A stretch of 54,327 nt of DNA from an uncultured Clostridia bacterium (GTDB lineage: Bacteria > Bacillota > Clostridia > Christensenellales > Borkfalkiaceae). The DNA lies in contig CAKQKA010000001.1 of NCBI GenBank assembly GCA_934247855.1, positions 1-54,327 of the forward strand, written 5' to 3'. The notes beneath the pieces were generated by a model. That model made no database searches and was not told the DNA's origin. It worked only from the letters and a program-made list of their open reading frames with translations. Positions 45,441-54,126 of this stretch are shown here, piece after piece (the stretch's first letter is position 1; each line of letters begins with the position of its first letter). Position numbers and translations under genes: made by a program.

Positions 45441-46348
45441 AAATGCTCACTTTTACATACCGTGTGAGCGGAAGAAACCGCCCGCTGCTCATAAATCGAA
45501 TGAATAAAGCAGGAATTGCCTTGCTTAAAATTCTAATTATCGGCGAAAAAGAGGCTGAAATAACCATATACGCCAAAGACCGCGTAAAATATTTTGCAAT
45601 TTGTGAAAACTTATGTTATAATAAATTAATAGGAGTAAGCGGATTGCTTGCGCCTGTTTACCGCATTCTGAAAGCTCCGCAGGTTATTGTCGGGGCGGTC
45701 GTGTTCGTTATCGCGCTTATATTCGGCAGTAATTTGTATTTTGGTAACGAACTTGTCGGCGATTCGGAAATTTACCGCGCGCAGATAGACGAGGCTTTCA
45801 AAAAAGCCGATATCGGCTTGTGCGGCTTGTTTACCGAAAGCGACCTTAAAGCGGTTGAAAATTATATCGGAGACAAGACGAATGCTAACTTTATAAAAGT
45901 AGAAAAGTCGGGCAATAGGGCGATTATCACCACTTACGCCGCTATATCTCCGCCTCAAAAGATACAATCGTCCACAAAAGATATTATCGCCGACGGCGAC
46001 TGCGTGATTATAAAAATCACCGTCTATTCGGGCACTCCGCTTGTAAAAGAGGGCGATAAACTTACTAGAGGTCAACCGATAATCGGTGCGTACGATATTT
46101 TAAAAGATGAAAGCAAAGTGCCGTGCACAATAACGGGCTATGTGCTTGTGGAAAAAGCGTTTACGTTTGACTATCGTAGCGAGTTTACGGCAGATGACGC
46201 GGTTAAAAACAATGCGATTGCCGCCGCGCGGTTTATGCTCGGCGATAAAACCGTAACGCATTACGACGTTAAAGTTCGGAATAACGACGTGCGCGTTACA
46301 ATGTATTATGAATGTTTACTGTTCGGAAACGAACTGTTCGGAGGATGA
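45437..46348 (+). CDS. yqfD: sporulation protein YqfD-like
   Basis: 303 aa, one central TM. N-terminal YRVSGRNRPLLINRMNKAGIAL is typical of YqfD. Synteny supports the call. Confidence 0.7.
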   Translation: MKMLTFTYRVSGRNRPLLINRMNKAGIALLKILIIGEKEAEITIYAKDRVKYFAICENLCYNKLIGVSGLLAPVYRILKAPQVIVGAVVFVIALIFGSNLYFGNELVGDSEIYRAQIDEAFKKADIGLCGLFTESDLKAVENYIGDKTNANFIKVEKSGNRAIITTYAAISPPQKIQSSTKDIIADGDCVIIKITVYSGTPLVKEGDKLTRGQPIIGAYDILKDESKVPCTITGYVLVEKAFTFDYRSEFTADDAVKNNAIAAARFMLGDKTVTHYDVKVRNNDVRVTMYYECLLFGNELFGG

Positions 46349-46352
46349 TTAT

Positions 46353-47378
46353 TTGCAAAAATACGTTCGTGAAGTCGAAATAAACAATCTTGGCGAATTG
46401 ACGGCTATGGTCGGCGTGTTAAACGAAAACATAAACGTTCTTGCAGCCGAAACCGATACGGAAATTACGGTTTTCGGCGGAACGCTATCGGTCGGCGGTC
46501 AACCCGAAAACGTGGATTTGTGCGTTACGGTAATAAACAAACTCATCGACATTTTGCGCAGCGGCGAATCGATCGATAAAAGCCGTATAACTTATTGCGT
46601 GGAACTTGCCAAAGACGGCGAGGTCGACGGCGTGGAAAAAATGATGAACGGCGTGATTGCCGTTACCGCGCGCGGCAAACAAATCAAATATAAAACATTC
46701 GGGCAAAAGAAATATATCGAAGCGATAAAAAATTCGCAAATAACATTTGCGGTTGGACCTGCGGGGACGGGTAAAACCTATCTCGCCGTGGCAATGGCGG
46801 TTACCGCATATAAGAATAAAGAGGTAGACAAAATTATTCTTACGAGACCTGCGGTCGAGGCGGGCGAGCGGCTCGGTTTTCTGCCCGGCGATCTTCAGTC
46901 GAAGGTCGATCCGTATCTGCGCCCGTTGTACGACGCATTGCAGGAAATGTTCGGTCCCGAAACTTATCAAAAACTTATGGAGCGCGGTTCGATTGAGATC
47001 GCTCCGCTTGCGTATATGCGCGGGCGCACTTTGTCAAACGCGTTCATAATTTTAGACGAGGCGCAAAACACTACCAAAGAGCAAATGAAAATGTTCTTAA
47101 CCCGAATGGGCGAAGGCAGTCGGATGGTTATAACCGGCGACGTTACGCAAATCGATCTGCCCGACGGAAAGGCAAGCGGACTTAAGCACGCCGTAAGAAT
47201 ACTTAAAGGCGTTGAGGGTATTGCTACGATAGAACTTTCGCATAAAGACGTTGTTCGTCATCCGCTTGTAATGCGTATCATTAAAGCGTACACAGAAGAG
47301 GAGCGCAAAAACGAAGAGCGTAAGAGTAAGGACTTAAAAGACGGGCACGGCTTGACGGATAGTCGGGATAAACATTAA
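46353..47378 (+). CDS. phoH: PhoH-like ATPase
   Basis: Walker A GPAGTGKTYLA and IILDEAQN. TTG start at 46353 after a GGAGGA RBS; the track ORF from 46308 overlaps yqfD. Confidence 0.9.
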   Translation: MQKYVREVEINNLGELTAMVGVLNENINVLAAETDTEITVFGGTLSVGGQPENVDLCVTVINKLIDILRSGESIDKSRITYCVELAKDGEVDGVEKMMNGVIAVTARGKQIKYKTFGQKKYIEAIKNSQITFAVGPAGTGKTYLAVAMAVTAYKNKEVDKIILTRPAVEAGERLGFLPGDLQSKVDPYLRPLYDALQEMFGPETYQKLMERGSIEIAPLAYMRGRTLSNAFIILDEAQNTTKEQMKMFLTRMGEGSRMVITGDVTQIDLPDGKASGLKHAVRILKGVEGIATIELSHKDVVRHPLVMRIIKAYTEEERKNEERKSKDLKDGHGLTDSRDKH

Positions 47379-47526
47379 GAGGATAAATAATAATTGTTCG
47401 GTCGCGGCATAACCCGAATACTGCGTTTAGGTTGCGGGCATAATGCCGAACGCGGGTTAATTGCCAACCGCGACAACGATGTCGCAGTTTTAACCCTCGG
47501 CGAAAAACAATACAAGAGGTTAATAA

Positions 47527-49107
47527 ATGGATTATAAGAAAACAGATGAGGACATCGGTGAGATTACGGCTGTAGACGACGTTACCACCGACGTGCGAAA
47601 AGAAAGAAAAAAGATGCGCGCACAGGCGGAGTGGCTGAAAAAGAAAAAATCTCCGCTGGTAAAGGGCTGGGAACGGAGTGATTACTTTCGCACCATCTTT
47701 CAGTTTGTGCTGCACGCGCTCATACTTGTAGTTTTATTCGGGTTAGCGGTTTTTGTATGCGAAAACGGACCTGCGGGTTTTCTGGATTACTTTAAAAACT
47801 CCGGAAAACTCAGAAAATTCATATTTGTCGCATTGTCGATTTTCTTGATTTACGGAACGATCTATCTTTTCTTCTTTTTCGAGATGAACGAGTTCATCAA
47901 GGCGTCGAAGAATAATATTATGTTGTTTTCCGTTTTGGGAATGTCGCTTATAGTATGTTTTATCATCGGCAAGTATTTTAACGTGTACGCAAGACCGATG
48001 GCGTTTTGCGGGCTTATGATTCTTTTGCTCGTCAATCGTCGTTCGGCAATAATAATGAACTTTGTGTTCTGCATACTTATGTTCATGCTTGACGGCGTAA
48101 CGATTGGTTACGGCGAGGGCTATTCGTCGGTAATCATAGGTCTTATGACGGTCATGCTTGCCATATATCTGGTTTCTTATGTTTCGTCGCGTATCAAAGT
48201 ATTTTTCATGGGGTTCGTTATTTCCGTTCCCATAATCGTATGCATCTGGTTTCTCGAACTCAAAAGCGCGTCGAGTATGCTCATGCTTGCGGGTATAGGG
48301 TTCACGTCGGGTATGTCGTCGGTTATTCTGATGATGGCAATCCTGCCGTTCTATGAAAAATTCTTCAACGTAGTTACAAACTACCGTTTGTCGGAAATTA
48401 CCGACCATAAATTTCCGCCGATAAAAAGACTTATCGACGAGGCGAACGGTACCTTCAATCACTCGCTTACGGTTTCTACGCTTGCCGAGTCCTGCGCTAC
48501 GGCAATAGGCGAGAACGCATTGCTTGCCCGTGCCGCCGCTTATTATCACGACATAGGCAAACTCAAACAGCCCGAGTATTTTTCCGAAAACCAAAAAGGT
48601 TTCAACCCGCACAGCGAGTTGTCGCCCGAACTCTCTACCGATATCATTCGTTCGCACGCGCATGACGGCGCGGTGTATATCAATAAATATCACCTGCCAA
48701 AAATTCTTGCCGACGTAGCCGAACAACATCACGGTACTTTGCTCATTCGTTATTTCTACTGCGAAGCGTCGAAATACACCGAGGAAAAACTTGCCGAAGA
48801 AAAGTTTTCCTACCCGGGACCGATACCGCAGACTAAGATAGCTGCAATAATTATGATTTGCGACGGTTGCGAAGCTGCTGTAAGATCGCTCAGCGATCGT
48901 TCGCACGAAAACGTTGCTAAAATGGTGCAGTCGATTATAGACGAGCGTCTCATAAAATATCGTCAGTTCGACGACTGCGATATCACCATTAAAGAACTCG
49001 ATATAATCGGCAATACGATTACTCAGTGTCTTGGCGGCGTGTACCACGATCGCGTTAAATACCCCGACCTTAAAAAGGACGGCGGATCGACCAAAAACAG
49101 CAGATAA
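47527..49107 (+). CDS. pgpH: 7TM-HD membrane phosphohydrolase (PgpH/YqfF-like), short N-terminus
   Basis: Seven TM segments followed by an HD domain (YYHDIGK, HH). 526 aa, shorter than the ~700-aa B. subtilis protein. Confidence 0.8.
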   Translation: MDYKKTDEDIGEITAVDDVTTDVRKERKKMRAQAEWLKKKKSPLVKGWERSDYFRTIFQFVLHALILVVLFGLAVFVCENGPAGFLDYFKNSGKLRKFIFVALSIFLIYGTIYLFFFFEMNEFIKASKNNIMLFSVLGMSLIVCFIIGKYFNVYARPMAFCGLMILLLVNRRSAIIMNFVFCILMFMLDGVTIGYGEGYSSVIIGLMTVMLAIYLVSYVSSRIKVFFMGFVISVPIIVCIWFLELKSASSMLMLAGIGFTSGMSSVILMMAILPFYEKFFNVVTNYRLSEITDHKFPPIKRLIDEANGTFNHSLTVSTLAESCATAIGENALLARAAAYYHDIGKLKQPEYFSENQKGFNPHSELSPELSTDIIRSHAHDGAVYINKYHLPKILADVAEQHHGTLLIRYFYCEASKYTEEKLAEEKFSYPGPIPQTKIAAIIMICDGCEAAVRSLSDRSHENVAKMVQSIIDERLIKYRQFDDCDITIKELDIIGNTITQCLGGVYHDRVKYPDLKKDGGSTKNSR

Positions 49108-49178
49108 TTATCTTAATATATACTTTATCGGGCGTGATTTTTTGCGCCCGAAATCATTTTTAAAGCGGAAGAATTTAT

Positions 49179-49658
49179 ATGTCGAAATTACTTGTAAACT
49201 GCGATAATCAACTTATAGACGGGGATTTGCTCGGTAAAGCCGTGTATGAAACGCTTAAACAGCGCGTAAATTTATCGGCTGAAATTTGTTTTTGCGATAA
49301 AGATGAAATTCAAAAGCTGAACAAAGAAAACCGTGGAATTGACAGCGTTACGGACGTTTTATCTTTTCCTGCGGCGGGCGTAACCGCGGGTGAGATTGTT
49401 AAAAAGAAAAACTATCCGTTCGACGTCGATCCCGAAAACGGCTCTGTTTTTCTCGGTTCAATAATGATTTGTACCGACCGCGCAAAAGAACAGGCGGAAG
49501 AATTCGGGCATTCTTTCGGACGCGAGCTTTATTATCTTGCCGTTCACGGCATGTTGCATTTATTCGGGTATGATCATATGAATGATGAAGACAAAACCGA
49601 AATGCGTGCGTTAGAGGAAGAAATTCTTAAGAAACTCGACAAGACGAGAGAAGATTAA
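49179..49658 (+). CDS. ybeY: rRNA maturation endoribonuclease YbeY
   Basis: HGMLHLFGYDH Zn motif; 159 aa. Confidence 0.9.
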   Translation: MSKLLVNCDNQLIDGDLLGKAVYETLKQRVNLSAEICFCDKDEIQKLNKENRGIDSVTDVLSFPAAGVTAGEIVKKKNYPFDVDPENGSVFLGSIMICTDRAKEQAEEFGHSFGRELYYLAVHGMLHLFGYDHMNDEDKTEMRALEEEILKKLDKTRED

Positions 49659-49739
49659 ACTAAGACGAAATGTCCGATAACGGGCATATAGACAGACTTT
49701 TAACGATAAAATCTAAATTAACCAACGGGAGAACGACAA

Positions 49740-50645
49740 ATGAAAAGCGGAACGGTGGCGGTGGTCGGGCGCGCGAACGCGGGCAAATCTACTTTGATAA
49801 ACGTAATAGTAGGTGAAAAGGTGAGTATTGTATCGCCCAAGCCGCAGACCACGCGCGATCGTATTCTTGCGGTATATAACGCCGAGGATTGTCAGATTGT
49901 TTTTCAGGATACTCCGGGCATGTATAAAGCGTCGTCGCTTTTAAACGAGCGTATGCAAAAAACCGCCGTCCGTACCGCGGACGACGTTGATCTTGTGCTT
50001 ATGCTTGTGGACGCGCACAGCGGTCTTAAAACCGAAGATAAAGAACTTATAGACCGATTTGTAAAGCGCGGCGAGTACAAAATGATCATCGCGTTGACGA
50101 AAACGGATATTACTGCCGACGGTGTTATTCCGCAGGTTGTAACCGAGATAGGCGAACTGCCGAAGGATAAAGTAATTTGCATTACGGCAATTTCCTCGCG
50201 TACGGGTAAAAACGTTAAAAAACTCATCGGACTTTTAAAAGATAACCTGCCCGAGGGTGAGCCGATAATTTCCGAAGACATTATTTCCGATAAAAGCGAA
50301 AAATTCATGATTGCCGAAATCATGCGCGAAAAAGTACTGTTAAAATATGACAAAGAAATTCCGCATGGCGTTGCCGTTGTGGTGAACACTTTCGAGCGCA
50401 GAGAAAGCGGCAGTTATTATATCAGTCTGGATATCGTTTGCGAAAAACCTAATCATAAAGCGATAATAATAGGCAAACAGGGAAAAGCTCTTAAAGAAAC
50501 CGCGGCTTTTGCAAGGGCGGGGATGGAAAAGTTCCTGGGTGCAAAAGTATTTTTAGAGGTATACGTTAAAGTAAAAACCGATTGGCGCAACCGCCCCGAT
50601 CGGTTGCACGAATACGGATACGACGGTGACGACGGTATTAAGTAA
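49740..50645 (+). CDS. era: GTPase Era
   Basis: GRANAGKSTL, DTPG and a C-terminal KH domain; 301 aa. Confidence 0.95.
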   Translation: MKSGTVAVVGRANAGKSTLINVIVGEKVSIVSPKPQTTRDRILAVYNAEDCQIVFQDTPGMYKASSLLNERMQKTAVRTADDVDLVLMLVDAHSGLKTEDKELIDRFVKRGEYKMIIALTKTDITADGVIPQVVTEIGELPKDKVICITAISSRTGKNVKKLIGLLKDNLPEGEPIISEDIISDKSEKFMIAEIMREKVLLKYDKEIPHGVAVVVNTFERRESGSYYISLDIVCEKPNHKAIIIGKQGKALKETAAFARAGMEKFLGAKVFLEVYVKVKTDWRNRPDRLHEYGYDGDDGIK

Positions 50646-50704
50646 ACGACAATAAAATTAAAAAAGTCGTCGGCATTTTTAAGTATGAATAATACTCAAA
50701 AATG

Positions 50705-50723
50705 CCGATAATCGACCTATAGG
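50705..50723 (-). repeat. dispersed intergenic motif, copy 17
   Basis: + strand reads CCGATAATCGACCTATAGG followed by GCGTTTTTTTT and preceded by AAAAATG; 60 nt after the era stop. Confidence 0.9.
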
Positions 50724-50803
50724 GCGTTTTTTTTGCTGTTTTGCGTTTTAAAAACGACTTTTGTCGTCTGAATAAAATATGCATAGATGCGCAATATAGA
50801 AGT

Positions 50804-50923
50804 ATGGATAAAACTTCTAAAACTCCCGAAAGGATCGCTTGGGATTTGTTTGAAAAAACAGGCAATCCCTCTTACTATATGCTATACAAGAAATTAAAAG
50901 GATTGCAGGAGCCGAAACTTTAA
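50804..50923 (+). CDS. yqzL: YqzL family small protein
   Basis: 39 aa. RIAWDLFEKTGNPSYYMLYKKLKG matches the W..F..TGN...YLL.K pattern. Lies between era and recO as in B. subtilis. Weak RBS. Confidence 0.55.
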   Translation: MDKTSKTPERIAWDLFEKTGNPSYYMLYKKLKGLQEPKL

Positions 50924-50963
50924 TTAAAAATTCGGCGCGACTTTTTACCTGCTCGGCACTAAG

Positions 50964-51680
50964 ATGATAAAGGTCAACGCGTTGGCATTAAAAAGCGTGG
51001 ATTACCGCGATAACGACAAGATGATATCTCTTTATTCGCTTGAAAAAGGACTTATCGGCGCGTGCGTTCGCGGTGCGAAAAAGGCGGGATCGAGACTCGG
51101 TTTTTGCACTCAGCCGTTTTGTTTTGCAGAGTATGTTTTAAACGAAAAAGGCGACCGCCTGACGGTAACGGGTGCGACAGAGATTGAAAGTTTTTATAAC
51201 ATTCGGCTGGATTTACACTCGTATTATGCGGGGTGCTGTATTCTTGAATTTTTACTTAAATTCACCGATGCCGACGCTCCCGACGAAAAGACCTTTTTGC
51301 TTGCGGCGGACAGTCTGAAAAAACTCAATTTTGCGGACGGATTGCCCGAACGAGTGCTTGTGGATTTCTTGTATAAACAAACGGAAATTTCGGGTTATGC
51401 TTTGGGTAAAGCCGAATGTTTTAGTTGCGGCAAAGAAGCCAAAGATTTTAAAAAGGCGTATTTCGATCCCGAAAGCGCGACCATCGTTTGCGAAGATTGT
51501 TTTACGGTTGGCATGCGTGAGATACTTGTAGATACCGCAAAAGGTCTTGCAAAAATCGCCGAGGGCGAAGAGGTCGAACCTGCCGCTCTTAAATATCTTT
51601 TAAAGTTTTTGAATTATTATTTCAGAATAAAAGCGGGAGAATATATCTATTCGATAGATCAGTTGATCGAACTGCCTTAA
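50964..51680 (+). CDS. recO: DNA repair protein RecO
   Basis: 238 aa; OB-fold N-terminus and Zn module CFSCG...CEDC. Confidence 0.85.
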   Translation: MIKVNALALKSVDYRDNDKMISLYSLEKGLIGACVRGAKKAGSRLGFCTQPFCFAEYVLNEKGDRLTVTGATEIESFYNIRLDLHSYYAGCCILEFLLKFTDADAPDEKTFLLAADSLKKLNFADGLPERVLVDFLYKQTEISGYALGKAECFSCGKEAKDFKKAYFDPESATIVCEDCFTVGMREILVDTAKGLAKIAEGEEVEPAALKYLLKFLNYYFRIKAGEYIYSIDQLIELP

Positions 51681-51705
51681 CGGATTTGAGTTTACCGCAA
51701 AAGCG

Positions 51706-51723
51706 CGATAATCGACTTATAGG
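51706..51723 (-). repeat. dispersed intergenic motif, copy 18
   Basis: + strand reads CGATAATCGACTTATAGG followed by CGGGTTTTT; 26 nt after the recO stop. Confidence 0.9.
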
Positions 51724-51756
51724 CGGGTTTTTCTAGTAAATGTGCAACAAAACAAT

Positions 51757-51786
51757 AATAAAACGCCGCGGCGAAATGCCGCGGCG
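51757..51786 (-). terminator. intrinsic terminator of the Cys-rich peptide gene
   Basis: GCCGCGGC GAAAT GCCGCGGC (8-bp stem, 51765-51785). On the minus strand it is followed by GTTTTATTAT. Confidence 0.7.
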
Positions 51787-51811
51787 AATTGTGTATATGT
51801 AGGAAATCGGT

Positions 51812-52036
51812 TTATTTGCAGCCGCAACCTAATCCCGGGAATTTGGGTTCTCTGGGGGCTTTATCGCAGCCGCCGCAGCAGCAGAGGAGTACGAGCAGAA
51901 TGGGTAACAGCGCGCCGCAACCGCAAATTTTCTCGATGATATTTCCGATGCAGCCGCAACCGCCGCAGCAAAGGAATATTACGATGAGCAACCAAAGGTA
52001 ACAGTTGTTATCGGGAAGACCAAAACAGTTAATCAT
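51812..52036 (-). CDS. Cys/Gly-rich small membrane peptide
   Basis: 74 aa from the ATG with an AAGGAGA RBS: MINCFGLPDNNCYLWLLIVIFLCCGGCGCIGNIIEKICGCGALLPILLVLLCCCGGCDKAPREPKFPGLGCGCK. 17 Cys residues, two hydrophobic segments each followed by a CCGGC cluster. Confidence 0.6.
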   Translation of the reverse strand: MINCFGLPDNNCYLWLLIVIFLCCGGCGCIGNIIEKICGCGALLPILLVLLCCCGGCDKAPREPKFPGLGCGCK

Positions 52037-52148
52037 ATTTTTTCTCCTTGTAAGATCGGCGTTTACCGCCGTCAATACATGTTACGTTTTACCTTGAATA
52101 TGTGTTACCGTGCGAACCGTTTTGTGTTCATATTTTGCGTTTTTTTGT

Positions 52149-52177
52149 TTGCTTTTAAAACGGCTATAGTATATAAT
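52149..52177 (+). promoter_or_regulatory. promoter of the ECF-S/coaX unit
   Basis: TTGCTT, 17-nt spacer, TATAAT; ~105-nt leader with small hairpins. Confidence 0.45.
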
Positions 52178-52283
52178 GATTCATGGCGTTTACGTCGGTG
52201 ACGGAACGACCGTAACAGCGGGTATTGCCCGCAAAAAAATTTATGCAACGGATATCCCGACGGGAATCCGATTGGAGGTTTTC

Positions 52284-52931
52284 ATGGTAAAAAAACAAGG
52301 CGTTTTGTCGGCGAAAAACATCGCCGCTATCGGCGTGCTCACGGCGTTTGTCGTATTGCTGCAGGCGGGGTTAGGCTCGATCAAGGTGGGCGCAACCAGT
52401 TTTTCGCTGGTGCTTATCCCCATAGTCCTGGGTTCGTGTATATTAGGTTCGCTCGTCGGCGCGTTTTTAGGGTTTGTATTCTCTTTAATCGTTTTTTTAT
52501 ACGGCGTTACGGGTGCAGACGGTTTTACGTTTATAATGTTCGGCGCAAACCCGTTTGCGACCATTCTGATTATTTTTACGAAGGGTATTCTGGCAGGGCT
52601 TGTGCCCGGTCTGCTTTTTAAAGCAATAGCAAAAAGAAACGAAAAAGTCGGCGTAGTGGTTGCGGCGTTGTCCGCGCCGATAGTAAATACGGCGATTTTC
52701 GTTTTGTTCACTCTTATATTCGGTCGGTCGTATGCGGCGGCGTTCGTGGCAAACGGCTTTATAGAGGACGCCACTTCGCTTGTCTATTTCTTATTTATCG
52801 GCTGCGCGGGTATAAACTTTATAGTAGAATTTTGTGTAAATCTCGTCGCTATACCGCTGTTCTATGCGGTAATCGGCGTGGTAAGAAAAAAAGTAAACAC
52901 TAAACAAACTCAGGACGTTAGCCGCAAGTGA
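52284..52931 (+). CDS. ECF-transporter S component-like membrane protein (pantothenate-specific by context only)
   Basis: 215 aa from the ATG with a GGAGG RBS; 5-6 TM segments. Sits directly upstream of coaX. Confidence 0.5.
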   Translation: MVKKQGVLSAKNIAAIGVLTAFVVLLQAGLGSIKVGATSFSLVLIPIVLGSCILGSLVGAFLGFVFSLIVFLYGVTGADGFTFIMFGANPFATILIIFTKGILAGLVPGLLFKAIAKRNEKVGVVVAALSAPIVNTAIFVLFTLIFGRSYAAAFVANGFIEDATSLVYFLFIGCAGINFIVEFCVNLVAIPLFYAVIGVVRKKVNTKQTQDVSRK

Positions 52932-52957
52932 CCGAGTCAGAGCGCAATCACCTGTGG
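52922..52957 (+). repeat. stop-codon hairpin element, copy B
   Basis: GACCGAGTCAGAGCGCAATCACCTGTGG (52930-52957) matches 25351-25378 at 27/28. The 5' arm CCGCAAGTG lies in the last codons and the TGA stop of the ECF-S gene. Confidence 0.75.
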
Positions 52958-52985
52958 TTAATGACAATACAAGAGGAAAAAGATT

Positions 52986-54035
52986 ATGATTTTATGTATA
53001 GATATCGGTAACACAAACATAAAATACGGTGTGTTCGACGGCGAACGACTGATCGCCTCGTTCCGCGTCGCATCGAAACGCTCGTCCACGGCGGACGAAT
53101 ACGGCGTAATAGTGCGCGATCTGCTTTTGTCGGCTTCTATCGACCGTGAAATGATAGACGGAGTCATTATGTCATCGGTAATACCGCAGCTCAATTACAC
53201 AATGGAGCATATGTGCGAATATTACCTCGGTCGCAAACCGCTCGTGGTCGGACCGGGTATCAGGACGGGCATAAATCTTATTGTGGACAACCCGCGCGAA
53301 GTAGGCGCGGATCGCATAGTCAATTCGGTTGCGGCATACAAACTTTACGGCGGAAAAAAGCCCGTAATCTGTATAGATTTCGGCACGGCTACGACTTTTA
53401 ACGTAATAGGCAGGCACGGCGAACTGCTCGGCGGCGTTATCGCGCCCGGCATAAAAGGTTCGCTCGATTCGCTGGTTAACGGCACGGCGAAACTGCCGAA
53501 TATCGAGTTGGAACTTCCCGGCAGGGTTATTTGTCGCGATACGGTAACTAATATGCAGGCAGGTCTTTTGTACGGTTTTGCGGGGCTTGTGGACGGCATC
53601 GTCGCAAGAATAAGGCGCGAATTGGGCGTTAAAAAGAACGAGTGCGTAGTAGTTGCGACGGGCGGGCTCGGCACGATTATTGCCGAAGAATCGGATATAG
53701 ATATCACCGACCGCACGCTTACGCTTGTAGGGCTTCGCATGTTGTACGAGATGAACTGTGAGGTTAAGGAAAAGTCGTACGATGACGACTATCTGAAAGT
53801 GCGTAACCATGTGGAAGAAAAATATCTGCGCGACGCAATGCGCGTTGCGATAACTCTGGGTACGGTCAGTATCTCTATACTGCAAAGAAGGCTTGGCGTT
53901 GGCTATCCGAGAGCGGGTAAAATCATCGACGAGCTTGAATCGCGCGGGTATATTTCGGGAGTAAACGACGAACACAAACGAGAAATTTTAATGACTAAAG
54001 ACGAGTTCGAAAAAGTTTTCGGCGAGAAATTTTGA
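52986..54035 (+). CDS. coaX: type III pantothenate kinase fused to a C-terminal FtsK-gamma-like winged helix
   Basis: Residues 1-~258 are CoaX (ILCIDIGNTNIKYGVF, DFGTATTF, ATGG). The C-terminal ~65 aa, LRDAMRVAITLGTVSISILQRRLGVGYPRAGKIIDELESRGYISG, match the FtsK gamma pattern (S.S.lQR...iGY.RAaRiid.mE..GivS). Confidence 0.85.
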   Translation: MILCIDIGNTNIKYGVFDGERLIASFRVASKRSSTADEYGVIVRDLLLSASIDREMIDGVIMSSVIPQLNYTMEHMCEYYLGRKPLVVGPGIRTGINLIVDNPREVGADRIVNSVAAYKLYGGKKPVICIDFGTATTFNVIGRHGELLGGVIAPGIKGSLDSLVNGTAKLPNIELELPGRVICRDTVTNMQAGLLYGFAGLVDGIVARIRRELGVKKNECVVVATGGLGTIIAEESDIDITDRTLTLVGLRMLYEMNCEVKEKSYDDDYLKVRNHVEEKYLRDAMRVAITLGTVSISILQRRLGVGYPRAGKIIDELESRGYISGVNDEHKREILMTKDEFEKVFGEKF

Positions 54036-54126
54036 TTTTTCGGCGTAATAGATAAGCCGTAGCAGGCTGACTTCAGTACGTCGCAATCGGCAAGTTTTGT
54101 ATTTTTTATTAATCGGGGAGCGAAAA

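Noticed and set aside
49129-49161. Terminator after pgpH.
   Set aside because: Two mutually exclusive weak hairpins (CGGGCG/CGCCCG and TGATTT/AAATCA plus T-run) are possible. Neither is convincing enough to list as a feature.
51742-52001. + strand Q/P-rich ORFs (65 and 70 aa).
   Set aside because: They are mirror frames of the TGC/GGC-rich minus-strand Cys-rich gene, with no RBS.
52178-52283. Possible riboswitch (for example the pan motif) in the leader of the ECF-S/coaX unit.
   Set aside because: Only short hairpins are visible, and I cannot recall or verify a matching consensus. An Rfam scan would be needed.
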